This document shows positions 1-20,942 of a stretch of 64,000 bases of DNA, piece after piece. Source of the DNA: Botryllus schlosseri (lineage: Eukaryota). The position numbers and the translations under genes were made by a program. Each line of letters begins with the position of its first letter. The stretch's first letter is position 1. The DNA is taken from NCBI GenBank assembly GCA_051294905.1, contig CM119385.1, forward strand, positions 21,204,001 through 21,268,000, written 5' to 3'. The notes beneath the pieces are model-generated. The model had not been told where the DNA came from. It saw nothing but the letters and a program-made list of their open reading frames with translations, and made no database searches.

Positions 1-349
1 AAACAGAAATACAGTTCGGTAAAAAATTGCGACCCAAGCAAATAGTCATGATAAAAATGATCAAATTGCTACCCAATGTTGACGTAAAATGAGTTTGAAC
101 ACTAATACCGGCCATGGTGTATATATTTTCAAGTTTTGCGATCTCATAACTAAGGCGATTATTTTTAAACTGATAATATTGTCAGCATGAAGCAACAGGG
201 AAATACACGCTGAACTTCAATTCTTAATGACAGCTGCTGCCACCATTTTTGATATATCTTAATCTTGTGGCGTTTTGAATCAATAAAAATTTCAATCAAT
301 GAATGAATACTAGATATAGAAGCACAGTATCTACAATTGTACTACTACA

Positions 350-600
350 AATTTCGACTTTTTGTGCAGTAATGTGTGCTTCAACTACTAATGCATAATT
401 AACTACCTCCTACTTTAAAATATTGTCAAAAAACATACGTTAATGGCAAAAAATGCCAAGATTTTGACTTTTTGTACAATAATACGAAATTTCACTACTA
501 ATGCGTAATTTAACTACTTCATACGTCAACATTTTGTAACAAAAGTTTGTTAATAATGTCACAAAATGCTAAAATTTCGACTTTTTGTACAGTTATGCGT
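350..600. repeat. Degenerate tandem repeat (about 110-120 bp period) in an EFTUD2 intron
   Basis: Recurrent attt(c/t)gactttttgt(a/g)ca and actactaatgc(a/g)taatt(t)aactac blocks. Confidence 0.6.
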
Positions 601-944
601 AATTCAACTACTTATTTTTTAATCAAAAACGTCAAAAACGCCAAAATTTAGACTTTTCGTACAGTAATTTTAAATATCCGAGTCGAAATGTTTGGCCCGA
701 AATAAAAACCAGGCCATGCGTTGGGAACCATCGACCTATCTCACTCACGTTTTCAGATTGAAATAAGAGTCTCCCCACAGTCGCTGCGCAAAAGCCTTAT
801 AATCCAGATTCAACTACTTATTTATTAATCAAAAACGTCAAAATTTAGACTTTTTGTACAGCAATTTTAAATATCCAAGTCGAAATGTTTGGCTCAAAAT
901 AAAGCCAGGCCATGCGTTGGGAACCATCGACCTATCTCGCTCAC

Positions 945-9360
<8,416 letters not shown>

Positions 9361-9460
9361 GATTGCTATAAACTATTTTGATTGATTCAAATAAAAAATC
9401 TAAATAAATACATGACAAAAAACGTTACAAAACTAGTACGGATCTGGCCAGCTTGTGCAG

Positions 9461-10058
9461 TAGGGCTGTTCAAAAATAGCTTTCTTTTCAAATTTTACTG
9501 GCTGCTTCATAAAATTGTTAGTTTGCGTAAAAAAAAAACGCCAAACACCAATTTTTGCTCAATTCCAACCTATAGAAGCATTGCTATAAGAGTAAAATGA
9601 TTTTGATTATTAAATAAATATACGTATAAATTTTTTTTCAAATTTTACAGGCTACCCCATGAAATTGTTAAGTTGCCTAAAAAAACAATGTTTTATTTTA
9701 AAATTTGGCACAATTCCAACCATTGGAAGCGAAGATACTCTATTACAAAATCTACGATTTGAAACCCACCGTAAACCTTATATTTTCAAATCAAAAATTT
9801 TCGACTACAATAATTTCACTTCCACTGGTTGGAATTGCGCTGAATTTTACGTATATTGTTTTGCTATATAACCCAACAGTTCCGTGGGGTAGTCAGAAAA
9901 AATTGAAAAAATTTATTTTATTCAATAAATCTAAAAAATTTTCTCTGAAAGTAATGCTTCTATGTGTTGGAATAGAGCCAAAAATTGGTCTGCAGCGTTT
10001 TCTTCAGACAACCAACAATTTCATCAAGTAGCCAGTAACATTTAAAAAAACAGCCCCA
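9461..10058. mobile_element. hAT MITE family A copy upstream of the EFTUD2 start codon
   Basis: tagggctgttcaaaaat ... aaaaaacagcccca; imperfect 8 bp flanks ttgtgcag / ctgtacag. Confidence 0.75.
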
Positions 10059-11386
10059 CTGTACAGTCAGTTTCGATTCTAAGTGCCAACGCAATTGCAA
10101 AACCGATATTGCGAAAAAAAACTTTGCCAATAAATTTCCAAAAAGCATTTTCACACCGGAAATCGGGAACTTTCAAGAATTTTATCCATCACACATATCA
10201 CAATCGATCACATATCAAAATCGAAGTTGTTTTACGGTATGCATTTCAAATTGTAACATTCTGTATTCATTCCAAATATATCGCATCCTTTGAAATATAA
10301 TGGATGATACGTGGTGATTTATATAGTAGTATAGCATATATCTCCAGTCCGTGGTAAGAATCAACCCACACATAAAACTGAAATACCCGAATTAATCAAT
10401 TCTGTAAAATGATTGACCATTAAAATTGCATTACCGCAAAGTCTATAAATTGTAATGTAAAAACAGTGTATGTCAACAATAAAATTGTGTTTTTGATACT
10501 GTTCTCACTACTATAGTAAACTAAAACTAAGACATGGGCATCTACTATTGTTCACAATACTCCAATTGTTGGATAATTCCATTGAAAATTTACATAAAGA
10601 CTTCGACAAGATATAGGCTACTTAATTGATAGAGGATGACAGATGGGGACATTTTCTGTTGAAGTCTTGTAAGGATTTCACAGCGCTCAAAATGCCCTAA
10701 GAGACCCAGTAAAATAGAAATGCTACTAAGATGCATTTAAATTTCAACATCAATATAATTTCGAGAACTCTACTTCAAAAGTTGACGATATTATATTTAT
10801 ATAATAGATAGCATACAGGAATTGACAAGGCTTCAAGTACAGTATTTACGAGTCGATAAACAGTTTCAATCATAAAAGCACAAAATATAATTGAAATAAC
10901 TTCACAGTTATAACTACAGACACACTAACACAAATTTCTGAAATCCTACGCCAAAACTCCTGGTTACGATAATCAAGGGACGAGACAGGGGCATTATACA
11001 GTGATAGCCCTTACGCTTATTATAAGGTCTTTAAGACGCCTTTTACAATGTTGGTGGTTTCACTGAAGAATTCATAGCTATATATAGTATAATGGAAAAA
11101 TAAACTGGATCATTCATTGTTTATGTTATTTATGGCAATACAACATTGAAAATATAATGAAACCATATCCTTATTTTAAGGTCAGCTAGGCGCCATTTAG
11201 AATTGTGGTGGGTTCAATGAAGAATTTGGTATAATGGAAGAATAAACTGGAACATTCATTGTTCGTGTAATTTCTGGCAATACATCGAAAATTCAACAGG
11301 TACAAATGCATAATATACATAACATTTGCTCCAATATATCTCAGCTCAGACCTGTAAACATCTGAAAACAAAATCCACCAATCTAG

Positions 11387-11595
11387 TAGGGCTGAGCACA
11401 ATGTTTCCAGTACTCAAATCTGAATCGAGTATTAATTCTAATAATTCGAGTAGAGTAGTAAGAGATTTTTTTTTCGAGTACTGAAGTTATACGCTCCCTT
11501 CCACTAAGAGCTAATTTATCAACGAGAATTATAGTTCATATGATATGAGTGATGCTTGAATACTCTCAGCAGGTACTCGATTATGCCCAGCGCTA
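11387..11595. mobile_element. Small hAT-like MITE immediately downstream of the FANK1 stop codon
   Basis: Termini tagggctgagca / tgcccagcgcta; TSD not clear. Confidence 0.5.
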
Positions 11596-11610
11596 ATCTC
11601 GAGTCACGAG

Positions 11611-12687
11611 TCAAATGTCTTGTTGTTCGACAATTTCTTCGAAATACGACAAAATTTTATTGCGATCAAACGATCTAGCCATATCCAAAGCAGATTTGCC
11701 ATATTTGTTCTTGGCGTTGAAGTCAGCTCCACTATCCACTAACTGTTTCACTAAATCCGTGTGTGCGTTCAACGTAGCGATCATGAGAGGCGTTTTACCA
11801 TCGTTATCAGAAGCATTCACATTAGCCCCATTTTTTATGAGTGCACGTGCCATTTCAACGTTTCCAGACAGAGCGCAGCATCGTAATAGAGGAGTCCACC
11901 CTGCGGTGTTATCACGGACATTGACATCAGCACCTTCCTTTACCATCCATTCAATAAGCTCTAAATTTCCACCATCCATAGCCCAATGTATAGGATAGCT
12001 TCCACCTCGGTCTGAAGAATCCCAAGGCGTCCCAGCGATTCTCAAACATTTCACAATTTCCAAACTGCCAGCAAAGCAAGCCAACATCATGCTATTACGT
12101 CCGCTCGCGTTTTGAGCATTTACATCTGCACCATGCTCTAATAAAGTGTTGACAATATCCGGAAAATTCTTTTGGCATGCGTTCATTAGCGGAGTATAAC
12201 CAAGCTCATCGGTCACTTCTATGGATACTTCTTGAGACGCTAGAATTTCAAGGATTCGGTCAGTATTTCTTTTCATGACGGCTTTGTGCAAATGTTGGCC
12301 ATTGTAAGGCTCTTTTGTAGTGTTCACAGTTACATACGGACTGAAGAATGTGTCACCGTTGGGGTCGGTTATTTTTAATCTGTATCTGTAGTATTGTAAG
12401 GACTCCAAACCTTCCACAACATGGCTCAGTCCGTAGCCAATGTATACCGTTCCTGTGCCCTTTGTTCTTTTGTCTTCTTCCTCTATTGCAAACTTGAGCT
12501 TATCACCCGCGCTTGTACTCCATGTAGGTTTGCACCACTCCAATTCTACGCTGTGGTGCGTCACGCTCTTTACAGTTGGAGGGTCCAATTGATCAGACCT
12601 AATGGGATGATCGCGAGACGGTGTCTTTTTTGGGGGTGGACGTTCCTCGTGCGTTTGAAAGGCAGGCTTGGTTAGCCTTCGCAACAT
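11611..12687 (-). CDS. FANK1: Fibronectin type III and ankyrin repeat domain protein 1; single exon, 358 aa
   Basis: FN3 domain (VTHHSVELEW, FAIEEED, YRYRLKIT) followed by ankyrin repeats (GYTPLMNAC, GWTPLLRCCALSGN, GKTPLMIATLN); collinear with remembered vertebrate FANK1. Confidence 0.93.
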   Translation of the reverse strand: MLRRLTKPAFQTHEERPPPKKTPSRDHPIRSDQLDPPTVKSVTHHSVELEWCKPTWSTSAGDKLKFAIEEEDKRTKGTGTVYIGYGLSHVVEGLESLQYYRYRLKITDPNGDTFFSPYVTVNTTKEPYNGQHLHKAVMKRNTDRILEILASQEVSIEVTDELGYTPLMNACQKNFPDIVNTLLEHGADVNAQNASGRNSMMLACFAGSLEIVKCLRIAGTPWDSSDRGGSYPIHWAMDGGNLELIEWMVKEGADVNVRDNTAGWTPLLRCCALSGNVEMARALIKNGANVNASDNDGKTPLMIATLNAHTDLVKQLVDSGADFNAKNKYGKSALDMARSFDRNKILSYFEEIVEQQDI

Positions 12688-13572
12688 TCTTGCGGTCGGT
12701 TGTAAAACCCGCGAATATTTTCAGCATGTATAAAAATTATAGCCTCCGTTCCGCCGCTATCTCTAACCAAAAACGAAGCGCGAGCGCATTATGTACCCCA
12801 AAATATCACGGGTATACTTAAGTTATGGTTCGAAGGAATATACGATTTGTCAAATGATATTAATCGTTCTCCAGCACGAGTTGGTTACGTATAAATGATA
12901 GATATAAAACATATGGGATGAGATGCTCGATTTTATGACCAGAGTCTTTGTATACAGAGCGGGCTGACAAAGTTTGTCTTGCGTCGAATGTTTCCCGAGA
13001 GAACATGATTATTTAAATGCAACCTGAAGCACCGAGCCATAACGCTATATTGACATTTTTCAATACATACAGTTGGATAATATATTCATATTGAAATAAA
13101 CTCGACTATTTGGTGATGCAGTTGTTGAATAACAATGTTATTTCCAATTATCTGCTAGCTGCTGGCGACGACCCCCGGAGAGAGTCAGCCGTATTCAACA
13201 ATATTGAAGATTTGTTCCTCCTCCAAGAGTCTCCTCATTCTCATTTTAGTTGTAAATCTATGGACAGTGAACGCTACTAATAACGAATTGGTGTAGATTT
13301 ATTCAAATTTTATCGAATTATCCGAATGTTTGGCACATTTTCCATTCAAAATTATTGTAAAAAAAAATATGGAGTAACATCGCCATCTGGAGGAGGTTCA
13401 GTTGTCAACGACCACCGATTTCAAACCGACGCTTTTTCGTCGGATTTGCGGCGTGCGTTTATTTTGTTGCAATTTTATTCTTGCGTCGTGCGAATGTGGG
13501 GCTTGTAAACTCTTCTAGTCGATTAACTCTACTTTACAGGCGAAAAGTATACTGTGACCGCACATTTGTCTG

Positions 13573-16498
13573 ATGGATAAGCCTCAAATAATTAGTCACA
13601 TTGAAAAGTCGCTGGATTTCACGCTTTTCGACTGCAAATGGATACCGCGAAGCGCCAGATTTGTCGTTCTCGGCAGTTACCCGCGAGGAACGGGAGCGTT
13701 GTTGGTGTACGAGATATCACATCGTGATATAGTTAAGATTCACGATCGTGAAACTACTAGCTCTTTGAAATGTGGAACTTTTGGAGCATCGTCTTTACAG
13801 GTAAGATTTACGACTGCACTGTATTACGTCAATGTCTAGGCAATAACGAATGAATTGGTAGGCTACATCAGTAGTACATTTTAATTTGTAACTTTGATAA
13901 TACGCACCACATGAGAATGTACAAGAGATGGTCAAAGCATCAGCATTGCTGTGAATCCTACTGAAACTTGATACGTTTTGCCTAATAAAGCAGTTGCTAG
14001 CAGCGATGATTCTCCAAGTAATTTTATAAAAATTAATAATAAAGTAAAGAATTGTGTGAGCACAGGACATTGATTGCAGGGCTGTTGCTCGAGTATAAGT
14101 AAATTTAAGCACTAACCAGTATATAAAGTACTTTAAGTTGAAGTAAAAGTCTGGAAATTTCCCAAGTAAATAATTTGGAAAAGTAGATTTGGTCCATATG
14201 TCAAATACACTACAAACAAAATAGGACAAAGTCAGTCTCATATTTTTTACATTAGGATGATTTAGTCTCATTTTCATCAATTTGACTGAGACTGTTTAGA
14301 CTGAGACTCTATAGAATTGTCATGATAATTCGGTCTTCAAAATAAGACCGTCAGTAAATGCACCTATTAGGACATTTTTCGATTTATCAGTGTTTTTGGT
14401 CTTGTTTTTGAGACAAATTTTGCTAATCAAGAAATAACCTGGTCGGTGGTCTTGAAATTGTGACCGTAATGTTGTCATGAGACAAGAAAGCTAGACATAA
14501 CTCTCTTATTGAGACAAATTTTGATGCTTCAGTTTTTTTTGGCTTGTGTTTAAGACGAATTTTGCTAGTCAAGAAACATTGAGGTCCCTGATCAGCTGAT
14601 CTTGAAAATTAGACCGGAAAGTTGTCTAAGATAACAACACAGAACACAACTAGCTTATTTACAGTGTTTGATGCTTCAGTTTGTTTTATCTTGTTTTTAT
14701 GACGGATTTTGCTAGTCTCATATACTTTTAGTATAGTGAATCAAAGGTGGGCTACTTTCGAGATTGCAATGTGAAGTGTTTCTACAACACAAAACATCTC
14801 GTGACACTAAAAATAGAGCAATAGTTTACAATATATACTGTTATCATTATGCATGGACCATTTTGTGCAGTTGTCGTCATAATTTCACTCATTAAAAGAC
14901 GCAAACCAATCTCAAAACTATTTTCAACTTCAGGAAATATATTTACAATTTTTTTAGTTTCACGTCAAAAAGTATTGAATAGAATAGCCGAAAAATATAG
15001 CCACTTTTGTAACTTGTGAAATCAGATAAACCTACTTTAGTATTGGAATATTGGTTCTTGTTTGGCAGTTCTGATCAATGAATACGGTATCGTAATTGGT
15101 GTATTACTAATTGAATGTTATATATCCTGTACTGAAACATTCTGGCTTTTGATATTCTCTCCGTACAATAACGTCATTATTGTTGCTTGTACATTCTGTA
15201 TTTAGCTAATCTTATCCAATTTATTCATTCGTTCACGAAAAAAAACTAAATTAATTTCAAACTCAAAGGGAATAATTCAAGTTGAAGCTGTTGGTCTGCA
15301 TGTGCACGCTAATCGATATTGAGCCTGTTCGGCGTCTCAAATCTTGATACAGTTTCACTCTTTGTTATTGTTTGTTATTTTTCTAACCTTTTTGAGTTAG
15401 TCTAGTTACCGTACTGTACTTGTTTCATGGATATTACATTCGCAAATATCTATAACATATCGGCCTGTGTATGACTGCAATGTTACCAGCTGCCTTGATG
15501 ATCTAATGGCCATATTGGAGGCTAACATTTCACTGAATTATTTTCTCTTATTGTCAATATACAAAGTTCTTTTCAATTCTCTGCTAGTTGCTGACGATTA
15601 CTCCTGACGAGCGTCGGCCAAGAATATTTGTGTCTATTTCAAAACGAATATATTATTATGTCTTCAGTCAAGAAACCTCGCAACTGGAGACTTCTCCGGC
15701 AAGCTCAACGTCTGGGATTTGGAGTCCATGCAGAGCACGTACACGGCGTCGGCTCATTCTCAAATAATAAACGCAATCGACGGCGTTGGCGGATTAGGAA
15801 TTGGCGAAGGAGCGCCGGAAATTGTAACAGGCAGCCGAGACGGATGTGTTAAAGTCTGGGACGTACGCCAAAAAGATGTTCCAGTTGCTAATATGGAGCC
15901 AGATGAAGGGCAAGAAGCGAGGGACTGTTGGGCGGTTGCGTTCGGTAATGCATACAATTCAGAAGAAAGATGCGTATGCGCTGGTTATGATAATGGTGAT
16001 GTAAAGTTGTTTGATCTGAGGACCATGTCGTTAAGATGGGAGACTAACATTGCTAACGGCGTGTGTGCTGTACAATTCGATCGTAAAGACATAGCAATGA
16101 ACAAATTAGTGGCTACGTCTTTAGAAGGGAAGTTTCAGGTCTTTGATGTCCGCACGCAGCATAAAACAAAAGGCTTTGCGTCCGTTTCGGAAAAAGCACA
16201 CAAGTCGACAGTGTGGCTCGCGAAACACCTTCCCCAAAACCGTGACGTCTTTATGACCACCGGGGGCTCGGGATCGCTGAATTTGTGGAAATACGAGTAT
16301 CCGGCCAAAAGGGTGAAATTGGAGGATAATGAACACGTGGGTGTGGCGGGGTCGGTTCAACTTCTGCAGAACGCGGTGATATCGACGCAGCCAATATGCG
16401 GATTTGATTGGAGTCCGGATAAACTGGGTTTGGCTGTTTGCGTCGCGTTTGATCAGTCTCTACGTGTTATTATTAATACAAAGCTAAATACATTGTGA
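13573..16498 (+). CDS. WDR92: WD repeat protein 92 / dynein axonemal assembly factor 10; two exons, 352 aa
   Basis: Exon 1 13573-13800 ([12 protein letters not shown]...[11 protein letters not shown]|gtaaga) and exon 2 15668-16498 (cag|SRNLATGDF...[15 protein letters not shown]...WSPDKLGL...TKLNTL*); phase-0 join. Confidence 0.96.
14380..14720. repeat. Degenerate tandem repeat (about 140 bp period) in the WDR92 intron
   Basis: Repeated ttttgcta(a/g)tc blocks, with gatcttgaaa and gatgcttcagttt each seen twice. Confidence 0.5.
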
Positions 16499-18481
16499 AG
16501 ATTAGGATTGATCGCCGGTAACATACTATTTATGAACATTTTGTAAGTAGATTTTGGAACCCGCAAGTTGTGTTATCAAACTGTACTGACAGCTGTAGCT
16601 ATAAATATCATTGGTTTGATTGTTATTTCTTGGATTTTTTACATTTACACCTACATCCATTCGATGTCAGTGGCTTCCTGCAGTTTTTGTTCGAACAACC
16701 CACATCCAGTATATGCAAATAATGTCGAATTGTTTTCCGGACACCGTGTTTGTGCCTGACTCGTAAATGTTTCCGGCATTGAAAACTGTTGCTTGATAAC
16801 TTGTCTATTTGTACTCGTTCTCTGTCAAAGCTGCAGGAGGTGATTTTAGCTTTAAAAAATGATAGCGAACCTCAGTTACTGTGACGTGACTCGCGCCCGA
16901 ATCCAAGTTTTTTCTGTTGATTTCTGTCCTTTCTAGTTTTTGAGAGAGAGAAAGAGATTTTATTGCTTTGTCAACAAACAAAATGAGTAGGCCTATGTGA
17001 AAAATAACCCAAAACACACACGCATAAACAATAATATTAGTGCGCAACTAACTGTGTAACAGTACAGACGGGTGCCTGCGAGTTTGAGTTGATTTCCAGG
17101 GATTAGCTGACTCTTGTTTAGAGCATAGCTAACGCCCAGGAGTATGGTAATGACAATATAGCGTTGTAGCTTGAGTGAACACTGATCAGTGTGCCTCGAC
17201 TAGTGCAGTGATTTAGCATGCCATCCCCTTCGAAATTTTATGCTGTTCGTATTTCGAACTAAGCAAACGTTGGCGCGCGATCGACCCCGCGATCTTCAAA
17301 GCTTTTTAATTAAGCACTGTCGCGACTTAATCTGCTTCATCTTTCCCGCGCATTTGATCTGATGTCGCTTCCTCTTATGCATATGTCGATTGCGCCAGCT
17401 GGTTCAGCTGATGCGACGCAGTAAATAGTCGAATAAAATCAGCGTGTCGACATGACGAGCAGCAAAGCGTCGTTATTTTGACTCGTGGCGTACCGCTAGG
17501 ATGGTTTCAAATACAAATAACTGTCAACATCAATATTATGCTGAGTTAACAGCGGCAGCGAAATAAAGAAAACCTCGCCATGTTCCCATTGCAATGGTTG
17601 TGCGTAACCAAATAGTAGCGTCAAAAACCTGATTTCATATCCGACAGATCTTATGAATAAACTTGAACTTGACCAAGGTTACATATTGGCTACTGTTGAT
17701 GTGTTGAATAATATATTGATATTGAAATAAACTCGAATTTTTTCGGCTGACACTCTTCAGCGGTTGTCGTCAGCAACTGTAGTAGAGATTTCAAAATATA
17801 TTTGTATATCAAGAGTCAATTGAATAGTATATTCATATTAAAATGAACCCGAATATTTTCGGCTGACACTCGTCAGGGGTAATCGTCAGCAACTAGTAGA
17901 GAATTCGAAAGAACAGCGTATATCAACAATCGTAACACAAAATATGACGTCACCAGCACGAAATGTCGAATACGAGAGCGTTCAATGTACTATTTTTAGA
18001 TGATACACGAACTCTTTTTGTTGACACAGCCTTGGCTGGTGTATTTTGATAAAAGTCGACGGCATCTTGGAACCTGTTCGCGAACTGTACGGCACCGAAT
18101 GTGTTCGTGATTCGTTCACTTTCGCCAGTGAGATGCGAAACCTGAACCTGCCGGATTCAGAAGTGTTCTTGAGCTCATTTGATATCTCTAGTCTCTTTAC
18201 AAACGTTCCGCTGCAAGAGACTATCGATATTTGTGCGAACGCGAACGCGCTTTACGGCGGTAAGCTAGCACCACCATCAATGCCGCGTAAAGTTTTTGTT
18301 GAACTTTTACAGGCAGCTACATGTTCTGTTGAATTTAGCTTTAACGATGTTATCTATAAACAAATAGACGGCATATCGATGGGATCTCCCTTGGGACCTA
18401 CTTTGGCTAACATTTTCGTAGGATTTTATGAGGTCGAGCTTCTCACCCAGCGTGTGTCCGTCAAACCGGTGTTGTACCGAC

Positions 18482-19847
18482 TAGGGTTGGATTATCCGGA
18501 TAACGGTTAACCGGTTAACCGCAGGTATTTTCACTATCTGATATCCGGATATTTTTCTGCCGGTTAACCGGTTAAAAAAGAATCGTTGCTAATGTATTTT
18601 ACACGTTTTAGTAAGCTTCAATAAGTCGTATTCAGTGTTGGCGCGGCCGATTAACGAGAAGCGTGTTGCCAATTAGCGAGATGCGTCTGTACACATTGCA
18701 CAATGTAATGTGACGCGATCTCCTGCTGAGAAGATCGTTAAATTAGGTCATTGATTGCCGCGCGCTCGGCTATCGTCTCTGGCCTGATTTATCGCGTCTT
18801 CAACAAGCCGATAGTTCCACTGGATTGAAGAATCGCATCTGCAATAGGCCATGTGCAGTGTACACACTATTCCATCGCTGGCCTGCACAATCGCATCTTC
18901 ATTGGCTTGGTGCTCACGATATTATCGTTGACCTACACAATCGCATTTGCAATAGGCCTACGAACGATATATTCGCTGGCCTAACCATCTCGGACCCAGC
19001 ATGAATTGGCTCCTATCTCTCGATGGCTTGTTGACGATATGCCGTTAAGAGCTTCTTGGAGGTACAGAACTTCAATATACAATTAAATAGTATATTCATA
19101 TATGAATATACTATTTAATTGTATATGCCGTTAAGTGTATTCTAATTAGTGATTCTGAGAGTGACACCGCGAAACTGAATGACATCGAATGTTCGCAAAA
19201 ATGTGCAAGCGTAATTGATTTCCGCTGATGATTAATTCGAAAAAAAAAATCGAAACCCCCTGATTTTATTTCAATCCCCCTACATTCTCGGCTGGCTGCG
19301 TGCCTGATCACGTGAATTAGAGCGCGGTATCATGTCGGCATCAATTCCAGTATCAGCTAGTCGTCCTTCTAGTACTCCAAACCTAAACATAAGGATGGTC
19401 AAAAGGATGTAAAACCGCTGAAGTTTCCGGCGTACGATCTGCCAACCTTTTGACTCTCTACGAAGCGCTGCTTTCTATTCAGCCCACTTCTGTGGAAGCT
19501 GAAAAAGCATTCAATGAACGTGGACTCTTTGTTACAAAATTCCGGTCCTGGCTACAGGATCCGAAAATTGATGCATCTGTGCTTTATAAGGAGGGCATTG
19601 CAGAAGCAGTGAACATTAAATTTGCGTGGTTTTTCTCGTATTCGCTGATACTGCGCGCGTAGGTAGGTAGGCTACTCTACAATAACACTGTGTAATGATT
19701 TTGCGATCAGTTTTACATGCAGACCTAATGAGATCGATTGTCTCACTTAGCAGTTATTATCCGGTTAACCGGTTAGATAAATTCCAAAATATCCGGATAT
19801 ATCCGTTATCCGGATAGTGAAAATTATTGATATCCGAACTAACCCTA
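18482..19847 (+). mobile_element. Non-autonomous hAT element (1366 bp) inserted in the Penelope RT
   Basis: Perfect 8 bp TSD gtaccgac (18474-18481 and 19848-19855); ends tagggtt/aacccta; subterminal ccggttaaccgg and atccggat motifs; hAT dimerisation-domain remnant LYEALLSIQPTSVEAEKAFNERGLFVTKFRSWLQD at about 19450-19600. Confidence 0.93.
19050..19122. mobile_element. 73 bp minimal Penelope-derived insertion inside the hAT element
   Basis: 13 bp direct repeat atatgccgttaag (19037-19049 and 19123-19135); content is the Penelope 3' end plus a perfect 44 bp palindrome acaattaaatagtatattcata|tatgaatatactatttaattgt. Confidence 0.85.
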
Positions 19848-20942
19848 GTACCGACGTTATGTAGACGATACTTTTGTCATTTTCAGAAATGAGATAGACT
19901 GTGATCAATTTCTCATTCACTTAAACTCGCTTCACCCGGCTCTGTTATTCACAATTGAAAAAGAACGGAATAACTCATTGTCATTTTTGGACGTTTTAGT
20001 CGAAAAACATGATACCAATAAATTTGAAACATCAATCTTCCGGAAACCGACATTCACTGGCCAATACCTTCGTTGGAACTCATTTAGTCCTAGCCGCAGA
20101 AAAATCAACCTCATAGGCACCCTCGTGCATAGAGCGTTGATGATATGTTCTGGTAATAAACTGAACTCAGAACTTGACAATATCCGGAAAATCTTACTTG
20201 ATAACGGTTACCCTGAACATGTCATCAACCGTGGCATAGAGAGGAAAGTAACGTATTTCAATGCAGAAAAGTCAACAGAGCCTACCGAACGAACAACCAA
20301 AGATGTTTACATCCATCTACCTTGGATAGGGCCTATTTCCACCCGCTTTGAAAAGCAATTGATTTCAGCGGTCAATAAGTGTTACGACACAGTGAAGACC
20401 AACGTGATTTTCACGACAACGCAACTGCTCCCCGCAACACGTAAAGACGTGCTACCCGCACTTCAGCAAAGCAATGTAGTTTACGAATTTAAGTGCCACT
20501 GTGATTGTGGCTACGTGGGAAGAACGTCAAAGCGCTTGCAGGAACGCATAAATCAGCATGTCCCTAGATTGATTAGAACACGCTCGATGAAAAGCTCACC
20601 CTTAACTCACCCGCTCAAGATTGATGCGGACCAATCAAAGGCCATAAATTCTGCAATTGGCAAACACTTGTTGGATAATCCCGCCTGTGCGAAAAATTAT
20701 CGAGACGACAGATTTCGCATACTCGGAAAGGGTCGCTCACACTTTCATTTGTGCTCCTTGGAGTCGACTTTTATCAAAATACACCAGCCAAGGCTGTGTC
20801 AACAAAAAGAGTTCGTGTATCATCTAAAAATAGTACATTGAACGCTCTCGTATTCGACATTTCGTGCTGGTGACGTCATATTTTGTGTTACGATTGTTGA
20901 TATACGCTGTTCTTTCGAATTCTCTACTAGTTGCTGACGATT

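Larger units (their letters stand above)
18061..20841 (+). pseudogene. Penelope RT-endonuclease ORF, N-terminally truncated and interrupted by a hAT insertion
   Basis: Joining 18061-18481 to 19856-20841 restores the frame: KPVLYRRYVDDTFVIF...LSFLDVLVEK...[10 protein letters not shown]. Confidence 0.92.

Noticed and set aside
11615-12821. Plus-strand ORFs overlapping FANK1
   Set aside because: Antisense shadows of the FANK1 coding sequence
12690-13570. RFX X-box in the FANK1-WDR92 interval
   Set aside because: Only half-site-like strings were seen; no full GTTNCC-N0-3-RGYAAC match
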